Origin: Monocercomonoides exilis PA203
Taxonomy: Eukaryota; Protista; Preaxostyla
Direction: 5' to 3'
NCBI GenBank assembly: GCA_001643675.2
Contig: LSRY02000005.1
Location: forward strand, 1,550,001 to 1,614,000
Length of the DNA stretch: 64,000 nucleotides
Shown here piece by piece: positions 46,680-58,519 of the stretch. Each line of letters opens with the position of its first letter. The stretch's first letter is position 1. Made by a program: the position numbers and the translations under genes. The notes under the pieces were generated by a model that saw only the letters and a program-made list of their open reading frames with translations, ran no database searches and was not told the DNA's origin.

Positions 46680-47540
46680 CGGTAATAGTCACATTTTTCT
46701 GTGCATAGAAATTTTTGGCCAATTTTTCATTTATTTATCATTTCATATTATCACAGAGTTGCATGTATATAATCACGTTTTCTTTCAAAATGTGTGGTTT
46801 TTTTCAATGAAAACTGAATATTTTTGGTATTTATCAAACAAGTTTGATTTTTGAAATATTTGTTTTTATAAGTCAAAAATAACGAATTCTAATGATGAAA
46901 ATTGTCGTCACATTTGAAAAATGTGTATTTGTGAAGAATTTCAGAAAATATGAAATTGACACAGAAACATATATTAGGTTATATTTATAAATATATATAT
47001 TGCAAATAAACATCGCATATTATTACGATAGGACACAGTCACAAAAAGTTGTGAAAAAACCGATGTGATTACAGTTAAAACCGGATATAATCACGTCGAA
47101 TATAATCACATTCGCACATGGTCACATTTTTCGATGCACCAATATTTTTTGACAGTTTTCCATTCGTTTTCCATCGTAAATAATCACAGGGCTAAAAATA
47201 TATAATCACATTTATTATTATTGTGTGTGTTTTTTTTCAATGAATATTCGATTTTTTGATCAAAAATTTTAATTTATCGCATTTCCAAAAATGTGCACAA
47301 TAGAGTAAAAAAAAAGTGATTTATGATCAAAATTGTTCAAGCAAGTGAAAAAAGTGTATTTATGTAGAATTTCCAAAAACAAAAAAAAATCAACCCAAAA
47401 TAAATTTATAAGTCAATTAATTTTTATTTTTTTCTGTGTGAAGCAGCATCGTGTATTATCACAATCGGAAATAATCACAAAATGTTGTGCAAAAACAAAC
47501 ATAATGATATTCGATTATGACAGAATATGTGGAAATTTTT
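46680..47540 (+). repeat. Diverged tandem duplication, two ~435 bp units
   Basis: Colinear shared blocks offset by ~430-440 bp: gtcacatttttc, tatataatcac, ttttttcaatgaa, aaaattgt, gtgtattt..agaatttc, catcg..tattat and tcacaaaa.gttgtg. Confidence 0.6.
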
Positions 47541-48938
47541 CGAATTTCAGGCTTTTCATAAAAAAAAATTTGCAATTTTAATTGACTCTTATTGATCAAA
47601 AAATGAGGAAAAAATGGGTTCGTTTTTTTTTTTGAAAAAAAGCACGAGATTACATAACATGATGTTGTTATGTCAATGACACCTGTTAAAACACATGAAA
47701 ATCCTATTTATTTTTAAATCTGAGAGGGTTCTGGAAAGTTTAAAGTGATACATTTTTTCAGCTTTAATGCAAATAATGAAATCGAAAACATTTCGTTTCA
47801 AATAAATGAGATTGATTTCAGTCTTATTGTGCATAAAACAAAATAAAGAACGATCATGTCTTTTTTTTTCTGAATAACTTATTGTCAACTGAGCATATTT
47901 GAATAGTTGACAAATATTCATTTTAAACATATTCACTCTATTGAACACAAAAAAACTCCACAAATTCATCAAAAAAACTTTTTTCTGATTGAAATTGATA
48001 TATTTCTTAGATAATTTTCTGTTAAAAAGAAACTGACATGAGTATGAATTTTTAATTTTTTCAAATTTTTTGATGATAAAGAATTTTCGATGTTGAATTA
48101 AATATTTTCGATCATGAATTAAAGTTTTTCGATGTTGAATTATTTTTGGTGTTTTTGATCGTAATAAAAATTTTTTTTTGTGAAGCCAGTGTTTAATATA
48201 TTAAATTTGTTTTCAATATCTCTATTTGAAAAGAAATAATTTGAAAAGGAAAAAAAAATGATACAAAATTCACATGAAAAGATAAATTCGAATAAAAGGG
48301 ATCAAAAAACACAAACAATGTGACCTCGACTTGAAGACACTTCTAGTGTAAATATTTTGAAATTCAAAAAATTGATAAACTTTTAGGTGAATGATTTCAC
48401 CACATTTTCAAATCAGAAATTGTTACATATTTCTAAAAATTCTCTCATGAACTTACAGTTTCAAATTCGACATTCCCATTCCAATTTGTCTGTTTGTTTG
48501 TGAAATATGATTAATTTATTGTGACAGTTAATCATGAATAATGAGATAATTAATTTTTTTTTTTGAATATTTTGTATTTGCAATTTTTCAAAAAGAATTA
48601 CTCAAATAAGAAAATTTTTTTGAGCATTTGTTATTCATGATTATTATCATCATTTTATCGTAAAAAATTAGTTTTTATTTAAGAAAAAGGATATTAGTTG
48701 TCTCTTTCATTTATCAATTTCATCTTTCAAAAGATGATAATCATTCAACAAATAACAAGATAAAATCTCTGATATATGATATAAATTTTGGATGAAATTC
48801 CAAAATCAAGAACAAAATTGAATGAGACAATTCCTGAGCATATTTATGTGGGGAATATAATTTTGTAAAGATCCATGTTTCTGAAGATTCATTCTTTTTT
48901 TCATCAATCACTCCGCAATCCACTCATGTTTGTTTTTA

Positions 48939-48980
48939 CCATGGGTGCTTTACCCGCCCCCTGGTGCCAAACCCGCACCC
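48939..48980 (+). repeat. Left terminal inverted repeat (42 bp)
   Basis: ccatgggtgctttacccgccccctggtgccaaacccgcaccc is the exact reverse complement of 51730-51771. Confidence 0.97.
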
Positions 48981-49972
48981 ACAAATTGAATTAAAAGTTC
49001 ACATTTTGTTATATGAACACTATTCATTTTCAATCGTTGAGCTTTGAAAAAAATAGGACAAGTACATCACATTATTGAAAAGCTTCATTGTTTGGTGTTT
49101 GAGATAAAAAGGTTTCGAAGTTTTTTTAAAAATTCTTCAACTTAATCAGTTTGCGGTTATACAAGAACAAAAATAACCAAATGGGGTACTCACTCGTTCT
49201 TCTTTATCAATAATCACTTTCAGCAGATGCAAACCTTTCAATGTGAAAAAACAAACAAACAAACTACGATGACAACGAAGAATAAAACTTTTCGCGACAT
49301 TCAATTTCTTTTTTGCTGAAGGATGGTGAAACTGCTCTTTGAATTGGCTTCTCCTTTTCCGGTTTTCTTCTTTCATAAATGAAGCTTTCTCCACTTGTAT
49401 CATCGTTGATTATTTTATAAATTATCATTTTCTTTTTCTTTTTATGTTTTATTTCTCTTTTATCTTCATCTGCAGAAGAGCTTGACAAAAGAATGTTGAA
49501 TTCTTCACAAGAATGCTTGGTTTTTGATGTTGAAGGAGTCGAAGAAGTTTTCGCTTTTTCTGTTTCTTTATATTTGGATCGAAGAAATGCAAGATGCTTT
49601 TCTGCATCTTTAAGTTGTTTTTTCAATTCAAAGCTGTCCAAATCTTCAATAATTGCTGTTATATTTAATTCGTGATTATCAGACAGAGAAGAACAGGTCG
49701 GTATGATCGATAAAGTTGATTTTTCCGAGTTTTCTTTTTCTGCAGAATTAATGGGTGATCATTTTTGAAATCATAACTTTTTTCGGGGTGTTTTTTTTTC
49801 AAAGGTTGTTTGTCTTTGAACAAAGATTTTGGATTTTTATGAAAATTTTCATCAAAACCATTTTTAAAATAAATGATTGAGCTGAAATAAATATGAAAAT
49901 ATATAAAATAAATATATTTACTTCTTAATGTTTTTTTGTTAGAATTCAATAAAATATTTCGAACCGAATTTT

Positions 49973-51409
49973 TTAAAGGAAATAATATGACTTAAAAATT
50001 ATCACACAAATATCTGATGGTTTTGATGAAGCCGAAACACTTTGTCTTTTTGGTGGAGAATAGCTTCCAAAAAGTTCTTCACGCAAATCTTGAGACGAAG
50101 AAGGAAGATGTTCTTTCAATGGAGAGGCTCCAAAAGGTGCTCCAGATACACGAGAGAGAACAGGAGCTGCAGCAACAGGCCAGAATCCTGTCTCAATGAA
50201 CGCTGCCTTCACTGTTGATGGAACACAAGCTGCAGCCAAGGCTTCGGGGAGAATTTCTGCAAGTTGGGATCGATAAGAAGGGAGAGAAAATGGAGAAGGA
50301 ATAACAAATTTGTAACTCAAAGTGGATTTAAGTCGAGAAAAAACACATGAGTCACACAGCTGAAGCAAATGTGTCATATTTGGTGGGAATTTTTTTTGAA
50401 TGATGTACTTTTTTTAGCAGCTTCAATTACAGTTTCGTCATTGTGAGTTGAATGATTATCCATTAATAAAAGTGCACGATGAGAACTTGTAGGTTTCACT
50501 TTCTCCACGATTAATGAAATCCAGTAATTAATCATAATGTACTTGAAGATATCCTTAGTGATCCACCCGGAAGATGAAAAAATATATCTGATATCAAATG
50601 AAGAAAGTGTGCGAAACTCTTTCGGGAGTGTTTTCTTTGGCCATAGAAGAAATCGCGGTAATGAGGATCCGTCAGCGCAGATACAAAGGCATATAGTTGC
50701 ATTCGGGACTTTCGGAACGACTGGAACTTGTGGAGGAGTTTGACTTTTTAGGCAAACAACCAGTTTGTTCGATGATTCCCCACATGAGATAGACGATTCA
50801 TCAAAATTGAATATATCCGCAGCTGTGATATTGTATTCCGTAACAGTGCTTTACAATTCTGAAAACCATCCTCTGATATTTTCTGGTGACTGCGCTGATA
50901 TTTTTGCAACGTCCGTGTGCCTTGCGATTGCAGCCTTCAAAACATCACTTCGTTGAATTAATTTATATGCATATTTTTTGTTGATTGTTTTGAATTCTTG
51001 CTTCGGTTTTGATGATTTTTCTATTTGATCCACACACTTAGCAACATGAAAATGTTACAAAAACAAATTAATAAATAATGCAAACCATGTTTTGCACATC
51101 GCGAATTCGAACTATTATCTGATTAGATAAAAGGACTAGCACCTGGTTCTCAATTTCTTCCAATTGCTCGTTCGTAATTGCCTGAGGGTGCCCATTCCTT
51201 CCAGCTTCTCCACCAGCTCTTTCCGCTCTTATACCTCTTTTCCATGCATCTTTTGACACAACCTTTGCTTAAATGGCAGTTGAATATTTCACTTTAAAAC
51301 TTTTTCGAATTGCGAAAAGCTTTTTCGATGGGGATTTGAATGATCGATATTCCTTGGTTGCAAGAACTCTGTGCAACTGAGTTGATGATAATTCAGGTTT
51401 TTCAGTCAT
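49973..51409 (-). pseudogene. Disrupted pogo/Fot1-like DDE transposase with a 49-nt intron
   Basis: ATG at 51409 and intron at 51037-51085. Motifs IFNFDESS, TICLCICADG, SSGWIT, LLLMDNHSTH and PPNMTHLLQLCD. In-frame TAA at 51269-71 and 50851-53, and a 1-nt frameshift in A-runs at 50390-50415. Confidence 0.85.
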
Positions 51410-51729
51410 CTTTATTGGGTGTGATCAAGCATATCAAAATTTCTTTTGTTGTCATTTTGAATCAAAGATAACGTTAACAAATTTCGTTGTCTGACATACA
51501 AAGCGAATTATATTGAACTGGTTTATTATTTTCACTAGCTTTGAAAAAGTTGCGATAAATATAGTCTTTGGATTAAAAAAGAAACTGGCTTAATTTTGAA
51601 AGAACAAAAATTAACGGAGATAGAGCAAAAGCAAAACTTGGATTGTTGACATCATTTTTAGCTGTTTTAAAATAGTTTTCAATAGTCAAACATCTAATTG
51701 TGTTATGAAAGCTCATTCAAATATGAATA

Positions 51730-51771
51730 GGGTGCGGGTTTGGCACCAGGGGGCGGGTAAAGCACCCATGG
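51730..51771 (-). repeat. Right terminal inverted repeat (42 bp)
   Basis: gggtgcgggtttggcaccagggggcgggtaaagcacccatgg, followed by TA. Confidence 0.97.
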
Positions 51772-52771
51772 TAAAATGAACCGGTTCAAACTTTGAATTG
51801 GAATTACAACAGTTAACAGTTCGCTTCCATTGTCCTGATTTTTGTTTTAAGATGAACAATTTGTTTCATAAGCTTATCTTCATCTTTATGTGCCATGAAA
51901 ACAATTTCTGAAATGAACTTCTCCATCAGAACATTGTGTTTGGAAAGAATCTGTTTTTGTCTTGTTCAGTCCATCTCATCAAAGGAACATTTGAAAGTAG
52001 TTTATTAATTTTTGTGTCTTCTGCTCTTCTCAAGAAAATGTGCTCTTTTTTATTTCATCCGTTATCTTTAAATCTTTCACAATTCTTGAATGAGTGGAAC
52101 TGTCATTCTCTCGCTTCTTCCCTTTTGATCCATGTTCAATGAATAAAGAACTCTGTCAGATTGCGCGATCAGACTCCTTCTCTAACAATCATCTGAATAA
52201 ACTTTGGAAAATTGGAGCTGTGAAGCTGTTGATGGTTTCAGAGAGCCTCTCAATTGAAATTGTTTGATTTTTGGAGTGGAAAACACAGCAAGCTTTTTAG
52301 CAGGGATTCTAATAAACTATTTTTCAAACTCTCTGTTTTCACAATTCATCCATGTTCTATCTTTCTCTTCTGAAACCATTTATTGTCCTCCAGTTCAAAT
52401 CTTTCCTGCTGAATACGTTTCCATTTCCCCAAGTGCAGTGAATTATTGTCTTTCCACTATTCTCTGCTCTCTAGACTCCTATATTGTTTGAACAATAAAC
52501 AATCCCACACTATCTGAAAAACCATTTGAGGCGACTTTATGAATCTTTGAGTGTCTAATCATAAATATTGTGATTTTGAACAAAGGGAAAAAGGATTTCT
52601 CCACTTGTTCTCTCCATTTGTCCAAAGTATTATGAGACAAGAACTATCTTCTTTGATACAGAAAAGATGTTTCTGAAATAACAAAAAAAGAGATCCTAAC
52701 CTCTGAGAAAATATGGAACAAACTCAGCGATTATTGAAGTTGGAATATTTCAAACGAATTTGGAGATATCG

Positions 52772-55700
52772 AAATCCAGATATTTAAAATACCCAGTTGA
52801 ATGATTTATTTCATTGAGAAAGAAGAAATAAGAAATGTAAACAAAAACAACAAACGTTCTCATGTTCACAAAAACCCTCGTTGATTGTCTTTGAGAAAAT
52901 TTCTTCATGATATTTGTTTTTCTCGAATAACGAGTTTGTTTTCAATTTTTAATTGGATCATTTGTTTGGAGTTTTTTCCCCATTCATTCACTTCTTTCAT
53001 CAATACCATGCCACAAGGAAATAAAAATGAACAAAATCCTTTTTTTCATTTCAAATCCCTCTCAATTATTCCTTTTCTTTTCTTTTTTTCACTTTTCTTT
53101 CACATTTCATCGTTTTTTTCATTATTTTCTGAAAAAAATAATTAGTATTGAGATTTTCAATGTTTTTTGAGATATTTCATGAAATAAAACAAGCAGGCTC
53201 ATTTCACAGAATAATCACATCCTGCCATTGAGAATGTCGATTCTTCTGCAAAAGCCATTCTGCTTTTCTTAAAACAAAAGTTATCTAAATTTTGAATTTG
53301 CAGTGATTGAAATAACTTCCAATTCTGCTTTTATGAAACAAAAGCACATCATTAAATCAACAAGTCGCATCCACAAATACACACAACGCTGAATATCCGA
53401 ATCGTACTGAATCCTGATATCTGTTTGTTGGAATCAGCGCAGCTGCATCATTTCCTTTTCGCAACTCAACAAAATACAAACACAAATTCTTTCAATCGGC
53501 TTCAGCCAATATCCCCACTTCCCGATTATCTCTCGAATGCCTGAAACAGATGCCAAAATGTTGTCGAACGCAGTGGCTTCACTGGAGGTTACTGCTCAAC
53601 CAGCGTTTGAGTTGTTGTCTTGCTGCTTTTCTTTGTCGAGCAGCTGCCATTGTTGCATTCGCTGCAGTTTGACTCCATCGCAAGGTCGATTGCATCAGAA
53701 ACTGTGAAGTTGCATGCGTTTTGAGGGAAAAGCCGAATGCACTCACTTTTCAGAAATACAAGAGACGGTCGGTCTGATACCGTCGATGAAAGCATGCTCT
53801 GCACCAGATTTGTGAGCTTGGAGTCTTGAATCGTGTCTGTGCTCGGCCTCTCCCCGTTTGCGATCTTCTGCCCTGCCACATCCCCTTCATACTCCCCAAA
53901 CGGGATCTGTAATGTCAGGCACTCCCACAGCATCATTCCGATCGAGAATGCCACAGACTCCTTGGTTGCTCCCATCTTCTTGTTCATCAGCAGCTCTGGT
54001 GCTTTCCATCTCAAAAACTCTTTTCTGGCGTTTTCATCATCCTCAAACGCGGATGATGGAGGTGGAGAATCGGTGAATCTTTCGCTCATCAACGATATAT
54101 TGGACGAAGAAGAAACAATTGTCAATGAAGAGATCGACGATGAATCTGAACTATCATCAGAAGAACAGTCCGAGTGCATTGCAATGCAGATGACCATATG
54201 CTCTGAGAACAACACAATGTGAGGACTGAGATTGGCCAGTGAAGAAAGAGGATTTTCCATTTCATCAAATGAATGAAGAGCTCCATTCGCAACCCAGAAC
54301 AGGATTTGGGCAGCTGTTTGCTCTCTTTCCTGCAAACTTCCTATTGCCATCTCTTTCTTCTCGTTCCTTCCATGCAGGAGCATGAACAATGAATCCCTCA
54401 AATCCACGATCAACTTCTCATGAGGAGACGAACAGGCCATTGCATCCACTAAGTTCGACATGGAAGAAGTGGTGGGGCACAGATCCTCTCCTCGAACAAA
54501 AGTGGAATCCGAATCGGTTGAACATGTCGAAGATATTGATGGTGATGGTGTTCTCTTTCTTGTCTCTTCTTCTTCCTTCTCATCAATCTTTTCCAGCATC
54601 CATTCAGGAATTTTGTCTGAATCTTTTCCCAAGATGTATTCAGTGGAGCCACTCTCAGAAAGAAGATACTCTTCAGACTCCGAATGCACCATCTCCTTTC
54701 CATTTATTCTTTTCTTTATCCTCTCTTCGTTTTTCTTTTCTGCCTCTATCTCAGCTCTCCTCCACTGCGCCTCTGGTGACATCTCCATCGTCACCATCTC
54801 AATCAGCTTCGGATCCTTTTTCACTGAGTCATTTACAATCTCTCTCAGATCTTTGTTCTCAATCTTTGCTCTTCTCCATCTTACAGCCAACACTATCGAA
54901 ACAATCAGAACAATTAACAATGTTACAACCAATAAAATAATCACGATCAACGCCCATGACGATTTTCCTTCTTTTCCTCCTTCAACAATCCTTTCATCTC
55001 CATTTTCCTTAGGCTCACTTCTGTTCTTCAAAATGAATGAATCTGTTAAAGATGGAGATTCTGCATTCCCAAACAAAATATGCACACTCACCTCAATCTC
55101 GTCTTCACAACTGCTGATGAGATCCTTTGCAACACTTCCTTCAACTTCTGTTTCTGATAAAAACCCATTTCCATCAAAATCATGTTTTTCAATCTCTTTC
55201 TCTTCTCCTTTTCTCTTCACAACTGAGAATGACAGATTGCATGGAACAAGAAGCATCCCTTTGAATATAAACTTCATTCTGTTTGCCTCTTCTTTTGCTT
55301 CCACACTCTCCAGAACGGGAATGAAGAATGATGAATCTCTTTCTGAAACAATCCCTTCAAAACTGCACCCATCGTTCAACATCCAAAGAGAAGTGTTTCT
55401 TTCCCATCCATCTCCTCCTTTCAAACTCATCACATTCAATGTTCCAGAATCTGAGCAGATGATGTTTCTTCTCAATGATGGATATCCTTCAATTGATGGA
55501 TTATTATTTTCAAATAACCCCATTTCTATTTTCACACTTCCTCCACTCATTGTAATTCCACCTTCTGGCGAATTCGAGATTGTTGTATCTTTCATCAAAA
55601 CAGAACTTTTCACAACATCCACAAGAGATCCAGACCATCTGCATATCTCTTCTTCTTCTTTATTCAGATGAAGTTCATTTCTTTCATTTGAACTTCCATC

Positions 55701-58519
55701 AAAAATGCAACTGTCCATTTTCACATCCACGCAATCCTCCACTTTCATCAATTTTCCTTTTGTAGTCTTTGAACTGACTCCATCTATTGTGCAATTTGTC
55801 AATTGCATCGTCTTTTTCATTGAAAAGCAAGATATCAATGATTCATCATTTCCTTCAATTGTGATATTTTCTGTTCGAACCTTTTCCATATTCATTTGTC
55901 CGCATTCATTAATCTCAATAAGAGAAGTTTTAACTGTTGAATTGCAAAACATTAATGAATTAATTGCTGATGGATGCGGTGATGAAAGAGATAATGCAGA
56001 TTTATGAAGAATGAGATTATTCACTTTGCATTCCATGAGTTGTAATTCTCCTTTTTCCATATTTAAAAGATGAAATGGAATGCTTGCATATTCTGCATTT
56101 CCTTCTTCTGGTAATTGTTTTGTTGTGAAAGAGCAATTCATTATTTCAAGAATCTCTCCTTCTGGCGATATCAATGATTCATGTGAATATATGAAATTCG
56201 AATCAAAAATAATGTTCATTCTCAACAATGAGACTGTTCCTGTTGTTGTCACCAAAGTCTTTCTTGTTCTTGTTATATCTGATTTCACTTCGACTTCACA
56301 CAATCCTCTGCTTTTCGAACTCAAGCTCATTTCTTCCAAATCTAATTCTCCTTCAATCACACTCTCTTTAACAATGAACATCAGACTCATGAAATCTGAA
56401 GTAAGATGCATCAGCCCATAATCAATTGAATGACATGGAAGTGTGTTTGTTCCACATTGCCTCTCATCCGATCCATTCACGCTGCTCACAATAATTGTGT
56501 CACTCTGATAGATCGTCACAAAATCAATCAGATCTGTATCTTCAATGTGCTCACAACAATCAATTCCATATATCGCATTCATCCGCGAATAATGTCCCTC
56601 TCGAAGATCAAATCGGAATTGGGTTTCATTGATCTGCGATGTGATGTTGAAGCATTCAATGAAAATGTCATTCCCCACTTTTGCTGTGTTCACACTGAAT
56701 TTCATTCCCACAAATACGAAATCAAGAAACTCGGTTTCCTTTGTTGCTAGATGCACTCCTCCTCCTTTCCCTGTGGTGCTACCGCAGCTGCAATGACTGA
56801 TTATCGTTTCTATCATCTTCATTGATCCAGACGCACCCAATGTGAAGAATATGGCTCCTCCTTTTTCACTTTCTTCCGCTTTGCCTTCTATTATGCTGCT
56901 CTCATTCACGACCAAACAAATCTTTTTCTCACTCTTTGATTCAAAAATGCTTGCTCCATTGTCACTTCTCTTCACTCCTGAAAATGACGAATTATCAATG
57001 TTGAGATTCATTTCCTCCCCTCCTTCATTTATCTTCAACCCTGCTTCAGATTTCTTGATTGATAAAATGCATCCTCCACTTTCATTCAACGATTTCACAT
57101 GAATATTCACAAAATGGCAAGAAACTCCAACATCATTAATTGCAAAAATGCTGTTTCCAACATTGCATGATTCAATCGACAAATCATTCACTTCCACACT
57201 GCCTCCAATTGCATCCACAAATACGCAATCAAATCCATTGTTCACTTCTGCTTCTGAATGGAATGAGCATCCAGTTATCACCAAATCTCCATTTATATTT
57301 GAGATAATTGTTTTGGCTGAGTTGTTGAATCCAGATGTCAGTTGGAGCTGGATATTCATCAATTCAAGATGAACATCGTTTTCCATGAAATATTCCAATT
57401 GATTTCCAATTGCCTTTTCAAAATTCAAAGTTGCTTTCACATTCTCTTCTCCCATCTTTACACTCTTTTTGATCTGATAATTGGATACATTGAATGAATC
57501 TTGAATTACTGTTGATCCTTCAATCTGAATTGTTTTCATTCTAGTCCCTATTTCCATGTTTTCCATCCCTTTCCACATTGTGAAGCATGGCTCTTCCTCA
57601 CTTCCACAACGTGTAACATCAAATCCTTCAGCTGAGATAAATATCTCAAATGAACTATATGGAATCAGAAACATAAACAAATCTTTGTTTGAATGAAAGT
57701 TGTCACTTCCAACAAACAGAGTCATATCATCCTTCATTGAAGAATAATCGAACTTGAACGAATCATTTGTCACTGATGTATTAAAATCCTTTCCCATAAT
57801 GAACACATTCTTTCCAATGGCTGCTTTGTTGTTCACAAAAGTAATTCCTGCATCAAAAACAAATGGCTTCTCATTCAAGCAATTCTGACAATCCAAATAC
57901 AAGAATCCTCCTTTTCCATTGCTCTTTAAAAGCGAACAAGATGACACATTTGTCGATTTGATATCCAGTTTTTCATTCCCTTGCAATGTCACTTTTGCAA
58001 CACCTCCTTCTTCGCTACCCTTGTTCTCAATATTCGAAAAGTTGCTGTTTTCAAACAAAACGGAAGAAGATATCATCAATGGAGATTCACCAAATGAGGA
58101 GTCATCCAAACTGCATCCTTCCATTGTGCAATTCAACAGTTTCACTTTGTATTCTCCTTCGCCCTCTCCTTCATTCACAGTTCCTGATGAAGGAGAAATT
58201 GAAAACAGCGCAACTGATGATTTCACATCTGAAATCGTGACAGAGTCCAGCTCAACCATCTTTCCTGTTGATTTGATCAAGGAAAATCCAATTGTGTTTT
58301 TGTTTCCTCCAATCGCACTAATCGCACAATTTTTCATGTGCAATTCTCCATTTTGAGTGGTTGATTCAATCACCGATGTGATTGCTCTGTTAAATCTTGA
58401 TGGAACAATAATCCCAATGAACTGAATTTCTGTCACCAATGTTGATTTCAGGATGCATTCTTCAACTCCACTAACTTCCCTTTTGCATTCAACACCCACA
58501 ATTGTCTCGGATTTTGCTT
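52772..58519 (-). repeat. Right arm of large inverted duplication (pairs with 1..5738)
   Basis: Reverse-complement similarity across the coding region and ~800 bp of 3' flank. Confidence 0.9.

Larger units (their letters stand above)
48939..51771 (-). mobile_element. Tc1/mariner-superfamily DNA transposon, pogo/Fot1-like (DD35D), 2833 bp, defective
   Basis: Perfect 42-bp TIRs (48939-48980, 51730-51771) flanked by TA on both sides (48937-38, 51772-73), with internal DDE_1-type transposase motifs. Confidence 0.93.

Noticed and set aside
45070-48923. Short F/K/I-rich ORFs in the AT-rich zone
   Set aside because: Expected by chance in AT-rich DNA, and many have non-ATG starts. No tRNA, rRNA or CRISPR-like array was recognised here or elsewhere in the window.
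51780-52760. Possible decayed coding relic next to the transposon
   Set aside because: Composition looks coding-like on the minus strand, but frames are broken and I could not assign a family.
5738-52772. Giant transposon (Polinton/Starship-like) defined by the long inverted arms
   Set aside because: The arms are protein-coding paralogues, the interior is housekeeping genes, and no polB, integrase, capsid or recombinase was seen.
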